NCBI GenBank assembly: GCA_963669175.1
Contig: OY769902.1
Coordinates: 1,056,001-1,120,000 of the forward strand
Direction of reading: 5' to 3'
Source of the DNA: a bacterium
Lineage (GTDB): Bacteria > Electryoneota > Electryoneia > Electryoneales > Electryoneaceae
DNA length: 64,000 nt
How positions within the stretch are numbered: the stretch's first letter is position 1; the number at the start of each line of letters is the position of its first letter. The notes under the pieces are model-generated. The model ran no database searches, had not been told where the DNA came from, and saw only the letters and a program-made list of their open reading frames with translations. This document shows positions 38,799 to 48,716 of this stretch, piece by piece. Made by a program: the position numbers and the translations under genes.

Positions 38799-41246
38799 AT
38801 GCGCTGGATAGCACGTTCTTCTTTGATTGTACTTCTTCTTGGGGTAGTAACATCACTTAGCCTGGCCCAGCGTGGACCGGGATCAGGAATCATGGGCCGC
38901 CTGGTAGATGCCGAGTCCGGCATGGCGCTGCCCAATGCCAATGTTCTTGTCTTTGAAGATGGTACGACCAATGAAGTTGGCGGAACCGCCTCGGATGAAG
39001 ATGGTCGTTTTCGGATTCCCAGCCTGGGGTATGGCGCTTATGCCGTGCAGATTCGTGTTCTGGGATATGAGACCCTGACTTTTAACAACATCGTTCTGTC
39101 AGCAGATAAGCCGGCCTATCGCCTCGGGCAGGTCGAAATGTCGCCTTCAACCATGGAACTGCCAGAAGTCGCTGTTACGGCCAAGTATAACGATGTCCTG
39201 TTGCAGGCGGACCGAAAAGTGTACCGTGTGGATCAGAATGATTTCAACACGGGTGGCACAGCGTCCGACGTCCTGGAGACAATCCCCTCTGTCGATGTGG
39301 ATCTTGAAGGCACGGTAAGCCTGCGAGGCAACGAGAATGTGCGGATTATGATCGATGGCAAGCCATCATCCCGTATCGGGCTCAACCCGGCCGAAGCCTT
39401 GCAGCAGTTGCCGGCTCACATGATCGAACGTGTGGAAGTGATGACCAATCCCTCGGCACGTTTTGACGCTGAGGGCAACGCCGGTATCATCAACATTGTG
39501 ATGAAAAAAGAGAAGAGTAAGGGTGTCAATGGCGGCGTTACGGTGCAGGGCGGATTCCCTGAAACCTATGGCGGCTCATTTAACCTGAATTACCGGATCG
39601 GCAAGTTCAACCTGTTTGTGAATGAAGGCGCCGATTATCGTTCACATCAGGGCGAAAGAGAGCTGTACCGCGAGTATTATAACCCGAATCCCTATGCGAT
39701 TCTTGAAGAAAACGGGGATCGTGATCGTAGCGGCTGGAGTAACAACTTCCGGCTGGGCTTTGAATATTTCATGACGGATAAGCAGTCGCTGACCGTATCC
39801 GGTTTCAACAAATACGGCGAGAATGACAGTGAAGGCGAGCTGGAGTACAAGTACTACGACGCCAACGGCGATTTACTGACTCATATCAAGCGCACGGACC
39901 CTGAAGATGGAACCCGGCGCTGGTACGAAGGCAATGTCGGGTATCGGTACCAGTTCAATACCAACGGTCATGAACTGACAGCGGATTACCAGTACGAAAC
40001 CGGCACCGATGAAGAGATTTCCAATGTTACGGAACTGTACCTGTTTGGTGGAGCGGATAACATTCCGGCATATCAATATGTTGATAACCTGGAACAGGAA
40101 GACCGCCACATGGTGCAGGTCGATTATGTGAATCCGTTTTCTCAGGATGGTAAATTCGAAGCTGGTCTCAAGAGCAACATGCGTGAACTGGACCACGAGT
40201 ACACAGTCACGGATGAAGCCAACGGTATTCTCGATGTGTCCAACCAGCTCATCTACGATGAAAACATCCATGCGGCTTATGCAACGTACACCAATAAAAT
40301 CTATGACTTGTCTTATCAATTGGGACTACGTGGCGAACTTTCCCAGATCAAGACGGACTTTACCAAGACAAACGAAGTGAACAAGCGTGATTACGCGGAT
40401 GTATTCCCGTCCATTCACCTGTCCTATGATTTTACCCCGGTGAATGCACTGCAGTTAAGTTATACTCGTCGTCTGCGTCGTCCTCGTTCCTGGGATCTGG
40501 TGCCCTTCCGTAACTTCTCCGACTCACGTAACGTGCGCCAGGGCAACCCGAACCTGGACCCGGAGTATTCTGATTCATACGAGATCGGGCATCTTTACCA
40601 TAACGATCGTGGGTCCATGAGCACGGCCCTGTTTTATCGTCATGCTGATGGTGTGATCCAGTGGTTCGAAACGGCTGTCGACAGCGTGGTATACTCCAAG
40701 CCGTATAATATCGGAACACGTGATGAGTATGGCGTAGAATGGATTCTGGCCGGCAGCATTACCCGTTGGCTCAACCTGCAACTGAGTGCCAATGTGTTCC
40801 AGATGTACTCTGAAGGACATTTCCTTGGGCAGGATTATGAGGCGGAAGATTTTATGTGGATGGGCCGAGGGGTGGCGAGAGTCATGTTCACGAAGAAGGA
40901 CCAGGTTCAACTCAGAGGCGGCTATCGTGGCGCGCATGAGACCTTCCAGGGACGGTTTGAAGGCCACATCATGATGGATGCCGGATACAGCCATACCCTC
41001 TGGGACGGCGACGGCACCCTGACCCTGGGTGTGCGCGACATTTTCGCGACCCGTAAACACGAAATGGAAGTGTGGACGGATACCTTCTACACGCATTCGA
41101 CCTTCCAGCGTCGTGGACGTGTCTGGCAGGCATCCCTGACCTACCGCTTCAACCAGGATAAGAGCAACAACCGCAAGCGGCAACGGATGCAGCAGGATAA
41201 CGGCGGCGGAATGGATATGGACAACATGGATGTCGATATGGATTGA
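38799..41246 (+). CDS. TonB-dependent receptor / outer-membrane beta-barrel
   Basis: Signal peptide, carboxypeptidase-regulatory-like N domain, plug IERVEVMTNPSARFDAEG.AGIINI, GNPNLDPEYS, ASLTYRF. Start moved to ATG 38799. Confidence 0.92.
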   Translation: MRWIARSSLIVLLLGVVTSLSLAQRGPGSGIMGRLVDAESGMALPNANVLVFEDGTTNEVGGTASDEDGRFRIPSLGYGAYAVQIRVLGYETLTFNNIVLSADKPAYRLGQVEMSPSTMELPEVAVTAKYNDVLLQADRKVYRVDQNDFNTGGTASDVLETIPSVDVDLEGTVSLRGNENVRIMIDGKPSSRIGLNPAEALQQLPAHMIERVEVMTNPSARFDAEGNAGIINIVMKKEKSKGVNGGVTVQGGFPETYGGSFNLNYRIGKFNLFVNEGADYRSHQGERELYREYYNPNPYAILEENGDRDRSGWSNNFRLGFEYFMTDKQSLTVSGFNKYGENDSEGELEYKYYDANGDLLTHIKRTDPEDGTRRWYEGNVGYRYQFNTNGHELTADYQYETGTDEEISNVTELYLFGGADNIPAYQYVDNLEQEDRHMVQVDYVNPFSQDGKFEAGLKSNMRELDHEYTVTDEANGILDVSNQLIYDENIHAAYATYTNKIYDLSYQLGLRGELSQIKTDFTKTNEVNKRDYADVFPSIHLSYDFTPVNALQLSYTRRLRRPRSWDLVPFRNFSDSRNVRQGNPNLDPEYSDSYEIGHLYHNDRGSMSTALFYRHADGVIQWFETAVDSVVYSKPYNIGTRDEYGVEWILAGSITRWLNLQLSANVFQMYSEGHFLGQDYEAEDFMWMGRGVARVMFTKKDQVQLRGGYRGAHETFQGRFEGHIMMDAGYSHTLWDGDGTLTLGVRDIFATRKHEMEVWTDTFYTHSTFQRRGRVWQASLTYRFNQDKSNNRKRQRMQQDNGGGMDMDNMDVDMD

Positions 41247-41298
41247 TCACCGAATCCGGTTGATCAAACCTGAACTCAGAGAAAAGATAGATATTCTA

Positions 41299-41459
41299 TT
41301 GGCCCCGTCCAGCTTGCTGGCGGGGTTTATTCTTATTTATATCAAGAGGTTAATCCTTCAGCTTGTTCTTGCGGTCAGGCCAATGGTCCACTAGTAGCGA
41401 TTTGATCATTGAAGAATAGCGGCTTATGAACGCTTCCCGACAGCAAGCAGTCGGGCCAC
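41299..41459. repeat. REP doublet (TTGGCCCCG hairpin plus inverted GTGGCCCGAC hairpin)
   Basis: ttggccccgtccagcttgctggcggggtttattc ... cccgacagcaagcagtcgggccac. Confidence 0.8.
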
Positions 41460-41631
41460 GCGAATATTAGTGTTCCGAGTTTCCATTGTCTGACTGCATT
41501 GGTCGGTTCTTCAACCGCTCCGGAGTCAAGAATTTCTTTCGACTTAACCTGCTGAAGGCCCGCCCAAACAACCTACAATAATGCATTCCCGAAAAACAGG
41601 ATTCCTTTATCCACAAGTAGCAATATTCGAT

Positions 41632-43032
41632 ATGGCAGACGACCACATCCAGGACACCAGTTACCGTGACCATTTGAGCCATTACGACGGTACCGGCCGA
41701 CGACGGTTGCTGCATCCACGTTTCCCCAAGGGCAAATTCACCACTCTGCGCATGATCATGGCGATTGCTTTGATCTCACTGTTCTTTGTTGGTCCTTACA
41801 TTCGTGTTGGCGGAAAGCCGCTGCTGCTGGTGAATATCCTGCAACGTGAATTTGTACTGTTCGGCATCACATTCTGGCCGCAGGATCTGTTTATCATCCT
41901 GGTTGGGATTATCACCTTTGCTGTTGGTGCGATCCTGTTTACGGTTGCCTTTGGTCGTCTCTGGTGCGGGTGGGCATGTCCACAAACCATCTGGCTGGAA
42001 TGGATGTTCCGAAGGATTGAGCGGTTGATCGAAGGGCCGCCGAAGAAGCGGATTGCCCTGGCTAAAGCGCCCTGGACACCAAGAAAAATAGTGATCAAGC
42101 TGTTCAAACAGATCGTGTTTTACAGCCTTGCCCTGCTGGTCAGCCTCACCTTCATGGCCTACCTGATCGGGTCGGAAACCATGCTGCAATACCTGCAGGA
42201 TGGTTTTGCCGCGCATTCCGGCGCTTTCACTGGTGTTATGCTGTTTGCCGGGTTCTTCTGGTTCATCTTCGCATCGTTTCGTGAAAATGCCTGCATCCTG
42301 ATCTGCCCGTACGGACGTTTGCAGGGAGTGTTACTGGATGAAAACTCGATTCAGGTGGCGTATGACTGGAAACGTGGCGAACCGCGCTCGACGCTGAAGC
42401 ACGCAAAAACGATGGATCGAGCAGGTGACTGTGTTGAAGATGAACTATGTGTACAAGTCTGCCCGACCGGGATTGATATTCGTAACGGCAGCCAGCTAGA
42501 ATGCATTAACTGTACCGCCTGCATGGATGCCTGCAACGGTGTGATGGACAAGTTGAAGCGTCCACGTGGCCTGGTGCGTTACGCCAGCTTGAACGGGATC
42601 GAAAACGGGCAGAAACTCCGGTTTACTCCACGCATGATCCTGTACAGCGTAGTTCTGACCGGTCTGCTTGGGTTTCTGGTATTTATGATGACTACGCGAA
42701 CCATCACGGAAACCACCATCCTTCGTGCGCCGGGAATGACGTACACGGAAGCGCCGGATGGACGGATTCGAAACCTGTACACGATCAAGGTGATCAATAA
42801 AACTGATCAGGCCATGCCGCTGGAATTTAAGCTGGTTGAACCGTCAAGCGGTGAATTGCAGATGGTTGGCCAGCATCAGGATCTTGAAAGCGGTGGGGTG
42901 TTTGAGGGGGCCATGATCATCCTGATCCCGGAAAGTGCGCTGAAACGCGGTAAGAACCGGGTGAAAATCGAAGTCTGGACCGGCGAAAGGAGACTGGAAA
43001 CGATTGATACGTATTTCACCGGGCCGTTGTGA
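41632..43032 (+). CDS. ccoG: Cytochrome c oxidase accessory protein CcoG/FixG
   Basis: FWPQD, GRLWCGWACPQT, CPYGRLQ, CPTGIDIR, ECINCTACMDAC, Ig-like C-terminus. Confidence 0.93.
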   Translation: MADDHIQDTSYRDHLSHYDGTGRRRLLHPRFPKGKFTTLRMIMAIALISLFFVGPYIRVGGKPLLLVNILQREFVLFGITFWPQDLFIILVGIITFAVGAILFTVAFGRLWCGWACPQTIWLEWMFRRIERLIEGPPKKRIALAKAPWTPRKIVIKLFKQIVFYSLALLVSLTFMAYLIGSETMLQYLQDGFAAHSGAFTGVMLFAGFFWFIFASFRENACILICPYGRLQGVLLDENSIQVAYDWKRGEPRSTLKHAKTMDRAGDCVEDELCVQVCPTGIDIRNGSQLECINCTACMDACNGVMDKLKRPRGLVRYASLNGIENGQKLRFTPRMILYSVVLTGLLGFLVFMMTTRTITETTILRAPGMTYTEAPDGRIRNLYTIKVINKTDQAMPLEFKLVEPSSGELQMVGQHQDLESGGVFEGAMIILIPESALKRGKNRVKIEVWTGERRLETIDTYFTGPL

Positions 43033-43144
43033 TACCCTTAAACAATTGAACAAGATGATAGCCTGCACTTCGGTTTATTGAATAGTTGTTGTACATTCTC
43101 CTATCCATATCCATTGGGCCGGATGTCGAGGGGAGGGATTTTCC

Positions 43145-43660
43145 ATGTCAAAGTATGTGCTTCTTTTGTTTCTGCTGTTTGGGGTTGTGTTGATTGCCTG
43201 CCAGCCTGTTCCGATTGACGAAGCCGCCGAGAAGAAAGCTGTCGAAAAGCAGATACGCGCCAGCATTGAATGGGCATTGACCAAGGATAAAGATGCCCTC
43301 TTCGGATCAATGACACAGGATTCCACCCTCTTCTTTTTCCAGACGGACAGCCGCAGCACCGTGAACGGTTTTGACCAGTTTGCTGAAAATGTTGACGAAG
43401 TGTTCATGGACGATCGTTTTGTCGCCACACGAACCGATATACAGGATTTGCGCATCACGCTCTCCCGGAGCGGGACTGTCGCCTGGTTTGCCTGTATCCT
43501 GGATGATTACGGGGAATGGGACGGCAGAGAGATCGGGTGGGAAGATTGCCGTTGGACCGGTGTGCTGGAGAAACTGGACGGACACTGGCGCATTCGTCAA
43601 ATGCACTTCTCCCTTGCCGAGGACCAGGTCGCGGCGGAAGCAAAGGAAAGCGAAGACTAG
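43145..43660 (+). CDS. SnoaL/NTF2-like lipoprotein
   Basis: Lipobox LIAC; VAWF, RWTGVLEK..G.WRIRQMHFS. Confidence 0.85.
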   Translation: MSKYVLLLFLLFGVVLIACQPVPIDEAAEKKAVEKQIRASIEWALTKDKDALFGSMTQDSTLFFFQTDSRSTVNGFDQFAENVDEVFMDDRFVATRTDIQDLRITLSRSGTVAWFACILDDYGEWDGREIGWEDCRWTGVLEKLDGHWRIRQMHFSLAEDQVAAEAKESED

Positions 43661-43718
43661 TGGACCGGTCCACTAAGAATCCTTCGCTTTCCTGAAATAT
43701 ATCCTATGTGGATTCAGG

Positions 43719-44600
43719 TCAGCTTCTCAATTCGCTGTCGTGATCCTCGCGGTTTTTCCAGCCGAAAAACGACTCGAAATATTGTTTCCCGGGCGCAGAT
43801 CTGCTGCTGAAATGAGATGTCCACCGCGAATGTATTTTCTCCAGCTCATCCAGGTTTCCGTTGTCCAGTTCACGTTGAAGCAGGGTAAGCAGGATATCCG
43901 AGCCCAGGCTGTATTGTTCCGAATAAGCAACTACCGGGCTTTCTGACCAGAAGGCCTGGTGAATTCCCTGGCCATCTTCGGTTAACAGGGCAATGATCCC
44001 CTGCTTGCCATCAACCGTCATTCGCAGCCATTGCCTGGGCCAGCCGCTGATGATTCTTTCTTTGCGAGCCTGCGCGACAAACGTGGCTTTGATGGTGACC
44101 GGTTCATATACATGCAGGCACAGGGTCAGGCCACGGTCCACCAATTCCTGGAATCGTGGCAGCAGACGTTGATAGGGCGCAGGATATATATCCGCCAAAA
44201 CCGCCATTTCCGCAGAATGCAACATCCTGTCACATCGTTCATACAGCTGATCAACAGATTGGATCTGGTACAGGTTGTCATCCGCTTTGGGACGGCCGGC
44301 ATTGCGCAAAATATCTTCAACCCGTTGCCTGTTTTCAGCAAAACGGCGGTCCAGTTGTTTCAGCAATTCATCCGGATGCACGGCACGGACATGCTTGCCG
44401 CTGTCCGCTTCCATCAGCACCGCGCCCTTCTGGTGCAATGTGGTCAATGCCTTGTAAACATTGGCCGTGGGCTTATGTATCCGCTTGGCGATACCATAGC
44501 CTGTCTGCGGTTTCATCCCAAGCAAAGTGAGATAAATCTCGGATTCCAACTGGGTAAAACCAAGTTCGGTCAGCGCTTCTATATCCCTGATCTGATCCAT
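43719..44600 (-). CDS. TrmB family transcriptional regulator
   Basis: LGFTQLESEIYLTLL, TGYGIAK, NVYKAL wHTH; effector domain with MTVDG. Confidence 0.88.
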   Translation of the reverse strand: MDQIRDIEALTELGFTQLESEIYLTLLGMKPQTGYGIAKRIHKPTANVYKALTTLHQKGAVLMEADSGKHVRAVHPDELLKQLDRRFAENRQRVEDILRNAGRPKADDNLYQIQSVDQLYERCDRMLHSAEMAVLADIYPAPYQRLLPRFQELVDRGLTLCLHVYEPVTIKATFVAQARKERIISGWPRQWLRMTVDGKQGIIALLTEDGQGIHQAFWSESPVVAYSEQYSLGSDILLTLLQRELDNGNLDELEKIHSRWTSHFSSRSAPGKQYFESFFGWKNREDHDSELRS

Positions 44601-44860
44601 GATGTTCCTTTCAAAACTCGCAACACACGTATCATCTTTAAAATATAAAGAAAGAAAGGAAAATTCTCCGCCTCGCTCCGTTTCAGCCGGGCAGGAGCGG
44701 CCTTTTCTGACAACGCATTATTCTGCCAATATACCCAAATGGGGCGCAGGTCTAAATCACTGATTCTTTTGTGTATGAACCAGCTATTGGACTTCTCGAA
44801 TCCTTCCGGGATTAAAACAAAGATGTCCTGCCTGTTACTTTTTAACATGGAGAGGCATTG

Positions 44861-44889
44861 AAAAAAGGCGGGCCGAAAACTGGCCCGCC
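44861..44889 (-). terminator. Intrinsic terminator
   Basis: ggcgggcc/ggcccgcc stem plus A6. Confidence 0.75.
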
Positions 44890-44917
44890 GAATTGTGCAA
44901 ATGGTATTTCTTCGGTA

Positions 44918-47338
44918 TCACTTGAGCAGCATGACTTTCCTGAGTTCATTCAGTTTACCGGGTACATTCACCCGCATGAAATACACACCGCTGGCCAGAG
45001 TTGAACCGTCAAACGTCAGCGACTGATAGCCTGCCTGGTAACGGTCATTGGCCAGGGTTGCCACCTTCTGTCCCATCACATTAAACACGGTTACCTCCAG
45101 CTCAGCCGTTTCTGCAAGTGCAATCACGACTGTTGTGGAAGGATTGAACGGGTTGGGGTACAGCGCTGCCAGCCCGAATTCTTCCGGGATGCCGGAGAAG
45201 CTCTGTTCCGGTACGGCAAGTTCCGGTTCCAGGACAAAGTTCCACGTTTCATCGCTGTAAACGGTATCGCCACCGGCTATGGCTGCGATCCTCCATTCCA
45301 CGTATACCGAATCGTTCCAGGGCGGCGCCATGTTGATGCCGGCAAGTTCAGGAATATCCACTGTCAACCGGCTCAACTGCACACTATCGACCTGGACAGA
45401 TGTGTCTTTTGCGGTGCAGTTTACCACCAGGGATGCCAAATAAAGTACGTCATGTTCCGGGTCAGGGTCTTCCGAATCTTCCCAGTCAAGAAGGACGTCG
45501 TGGACATTTTCGTAAGGGAAGAACGTATTGTTGTCCGGCTGCAGCAATTGGAAGGCTTCCGGCGGGTGGTTCACGTTGATTGTGAACGCCCACATTTCCG
45601 TGAAGGTGCCGTCTGTGTCACCTTCGTAAGCATGGACTTTCCAATACAGGTTCTGGCCGTCCGCGCCATTGTAAATGATGGTGGTGTCTGTCAGGCCCGC
45701 AGCGTAAGGATCGCCCAGATTGTTCGGATTCCAGCCAACATAGATGTCGTAGAAAACGTCCTGCCCTTCCGGGTCGTATGTAGAGTGCCAGGCAAACTCA
45801 AACGATTCTGTGGTAACCGTCTCATTATTGCCGGGATAGATCAGTTCAAAAGGAGCTGGGGGGACATTACCGAAGCTGGCTCGAACCGGGAAATTGCCAA
45901 AGGTTGCTACTGCCAGGGAGTCCCCGATAAAACGGTAACAGCCGACAGGCATGTCCGCATTGGCCGCAGAGACCGGGGGACTGGAATCCAGATGCCAGGT
46001 CAGGCCTTCCGCGGTAATGCCAAACCCGGCGATGACAAATTCTCCTTCCTCCAGAACAAGACCATCCGGCATCTCTTCAGAGGAAAGATCGAATTCGTTC
46101 CAGCCAGCCAGCAATCCTTCATTTGTGGACCAGGCTTCCTCGTAATTACCCTCCTCATCCATGATCCAGATTCTCAGGATACTTGAATCCGAGTCGGCGT
46201 CATCGTACCAGGCCACATTTTCTACCAGCGCCGGGTACCTTACCGGGTAAAACGGGACTCCCCATCCCGTGCCGGCCGAAGAACCGATACTGACTTCAAG
46301 CTCGTCATCATAATAGGACATGGTATCCGAGATCGTGACAACGCACTGCAGCAATTTGGTGTCGTTGTCATCGGCGAGGATTTCATCCTCATCGGAGAAG
46401 ATGCGTGCGGTAGCGATGTACTTCCCGGTTTCGTTGCATATCCACAAGTCAGAACAGGTAACAGTAACGGTATCGGCCGATCCCTCTTCTATCGGATCGA
46501 TATCCATATCACAACTGAATACGGTATCATCGTCGATATCTGTTATGGTAAACAGGACGGTGGGGTCAGGGGATTCGATGGTGCCCCGGTTGAAGAACTT
46601 TCCAGTGAGCTCGACTGTGTCCCCTTCGAGGATATGGAATTTCTGTATATCGTTGTAAAGCGACAAGGCTCGAAAATCAAAATAGTCACCGGTAAATTCA
46701 CCGCAGGCGACCATCATCCAGTCATAGGGAACCGTGTAGCTCATGTTATCCGGGGCCATGTCTGAAGTAGCGGTTTTGCTTCGTGCGCCGGGAACCGGAC
46801 CGTCATTATCCAGCCAGATGGACCAGCCTCCAGCCCCATCCTCCCCCGGCACCGGGCCGACGACAATCCAGACTTCGTCGCTTTGTTCCAGCGAGATGAA
46901 ATCTTCTTCATCCAGGGACAATTCGACCCAGCCATCATCGTTATCAGTGGGTTCTTCTGCATCCCAGATCTGGGCGATCAATGTACTGGGGGTGTTTGTG
47001 TCCGGATCATTTGCATAGACCCAGCAACTGGCGTAGGGTACTTCATCGTCCAGAGCGTAAAAGCGAACACCCTGAAGGTCAAAATCAACGGGGATCAGGA
47101 ACCGCTGCCCCGCATAGTAGCCCGTAAGCTGGGAAAAATGAAGCGGTTGGTCAACATAAGTGAAGTAGTACAGAGAATCGGTAAACACTTCATCCAATTC
47201 TCCTGATGGTCCCCCAAGGAGAGGAACCGGCAGGTTTACAGGTGTGTCTGTTGGGGTAAATACCGGCCCCGGCTGGCCAGCAAAAACCACAGTACACAGC
47301 AATACTCCGCCGACAAAGATCAGCAGCCACTTCTTCAT
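44918..47338 (-). CDS. Acidic secreted protein with a T9SS type A C-terminal sorting domain
   Basis: Signal peptide; C-terminal YPNPFNPST...VFNVMGQKVATL...ASGVYF...KVMLLK; Ig/Fn3-like modules (PPAPFELIYP, PPEAFQLLQP). Confidence 0.9.
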   Translation of the reverse strand: MKKWLLIFVGGVLLCTVVFAGQPGPVFTPTDTPVNLPVPLLGGPSGELDEVFTDSLYYFTYVDQPLHFSQLTGYYAGQRFLIPVDFDLQGVRFYALDDEVPYASCWVYANDPDTNTPSTLIAQIWDAEEPTDNDDGWVELSLDEEDFISLEQSDEVWIVVGPVPGEDGAGGWSIWLDNDGPVPGARSKTATSDMAPDNMSYTVPYDWMMVACGEFTGDYFDFRALSLYNDIQKFHILEGDTVELTGKFFNRGTIESPDPTVLFTITDIDDDTVFSCDMDIDPIEEGSADTVTVTCSDLWICNETGKYIATARIFSDEDEILADDNDTKLLQCVVTISDTMSYYDDELEVSIGSSAGTGWGVPFYPVRYPALVENVAWYDDADSDSSILRIWIMDEEGNYEEAWSTNEGLLAGWNEFDLSSEEMPDGLVLEEGEFVIAGFGITAEGLTWHLDSSPPVSAANADMPVGCYRFIGDSLAVATFGNFPVRASFGNVPPAPFELIYPGNNETVTTESFEFAWHSTYDPEGQDVFYDIYVGWNPNNLGDPYAAGLTDTTIIYNGADGQNLYWKVHAYEGDTDGTFTEMWAFTINVNHPPEAFQLLQPDNNTFFPYENVHDVLLDWEDSEDPDPEHDVLYLASLVVNCTAKDTSVQVDSVQLSRLTVDIPELAGINMAPPWNDSVYVEWRIAAIAGGDTVYSDETWNFVLEPELAVPEQSFSGIPEEFGLAALYPNPFNPSTTVVIALAETAELEVTVFNVMGQKVATLANDRYQAGYQSLTFDGSTLASGVYFMRVNVPGKLNELRKVMLLK

Positions 47339-47522
47339 AAGCCCTCCTGTTCGCGTCTGAAGTCGTGCTACAAGCGGGTGGATCGATTTATTTGGATCAA
47401 TCCACGGATATCAGTTCCAAAGATCACAAAGCAAATCATCGCATCAATGCTAAAAATAATACAGCAAAGCAAAAAAGGCCAACACGATCCTTAGGTAAAG
47501 AAAAAAAAGCGTCTCGCTGATG

Positions 47523-47918
47523 GAAAATGGGGACTGCCACACTTTTCGCTTGCGAATAATCCGAGGATCTCGACCCACATATTACTTGTGTGTAAAGCTG
47601 TTAATTGCTGGGAAACATGTTGCGAAAAGGTGGCTGTCCCAGCATTTTCCTGTGTGGAACCATCCTGTAGCAGTGAGCGAAAAACCCGGTACAGTTACCT
47701 TTCGTTAACACTGGTTTGGAGATTGCCGGGAAAAGGGGACGGGATCCTTTTCCTCGCGCTTATACAGAATATTTCTGAAGTGTTCCTGGAAAAGGAAACT
47801 GTCCCCTTTTCCGTGTAATTCCTGCCTGATCTCAAGAAAAAGGGTACAGCCACCTTTCCCAGTCCATGCTCACAGCGGGAAGGCCTTGCCCCAGGAAAAG
47901 AAAACTGTCCCCTTTTTC
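47523..47918. repeat. Cluster of AAAGGGGAC/GTCCCCTTT inverted pairs
   Basis: Three pairs (about 47523/47621, 47728/47787, 47835/47893) plus one single copy at about 47678. Confidence 0.75.
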
Positions 47919-48169
47919 TATAGTCCTTTATTCCAACTATATGATTGATCTTTCACTGATATGCTACATGACCGTATGACGGTTGATAATGGGGATGGCT
48001 ATTACAGCGCCGTTTTTCGCTTTGGTAAAGAAACAAAATCATGAGAGGATCGAGCCACAAGAAAACCCGGCGACTTGAGTGCTGTCTCTTACCCACATCT
48101 TCTGAAAGCTGTATCAGTAAAAGAGTTGTGGACATAGCATTTTTAGAATCCCGGCGGGATTCCCTATTT

Positions 48170-48449
48170 TAGCATAGTGTACAGGCCGTCTGTTTGGCCT
48201 GTACACTATGTCAGGTATTCTAACGAATAATCAACCCTGGAAGGGTTGCATAATACGCGATTCATATTAGTACGTTCAATAAATACAGGAAATAACGCAT
48301 TTTATATTCTATACAAACCAATTGGGTGTAAATTATACGTTATGCAACCCTTCCAGGGTTGAGATAAGGTTTGATCTTTTTCGTAGGGTAGACGCTAAAC
48401 AGACAGCGTCAACCCTACGCTAAAATATACCACCCCCTCTGGGGTGGCA
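48170..48449. repeat. Cluster of REP-like hairpins
   Basis: catagtgtacaggcc/ggcctgtacactatg; perfect 23-bp IR tcaaccctggaagggttgcataa (48231) / ttatgcaacccttccagggttga (48340); cgtagggt...accctacg; ccacccc/ggggtgg. Confidence 0.75.
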
Positions 48450-48526
48450 GAAACACGAAGATGTGAGCAAGAGACAGGACTTGAGTGGCCGGGTAACAGT
48501 TACAGGTACAATGGAAAGGTTCTCAA

Positions 48527-48715
48527 TCACAACTCGAGTGTTTTCCCTGTGATTTGCTGGGTAGCGACTTCAAACTTCTTCAGCATGTCCGGGCTGTCGG
48601 GAGTCAGGGCTGCTTTTGCCGAGGGAACCCCCGTTTTCATGGCGAGCTGCATTTTGCCTTGCAGTCCTTTTTGATCCAGGACAAACTTGTAGTATTTCAA
48701 CAGTTTTTCCGCCAT
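48527..48715 (-). CDS. 62-aa hypothetical protein coupled to the V4R gene
   Basis: MAEKLLKYYKFVLDQKGLQGKMQLAMKTGVPSAKAALTPDSPDMLKKFEVATQQITGKTLEL. ATG lies 1 nt after the upstream stop, with RBS ggaggg. Confidence 0.75.
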   Translation of the reverse strand: MAEKLLKYYKFVLDQKGLQGKMQLAMKTGVPSAKAALTPDSPDMLKKFEVATQQITGKTLEL

Positions 48716-48716
48716 A

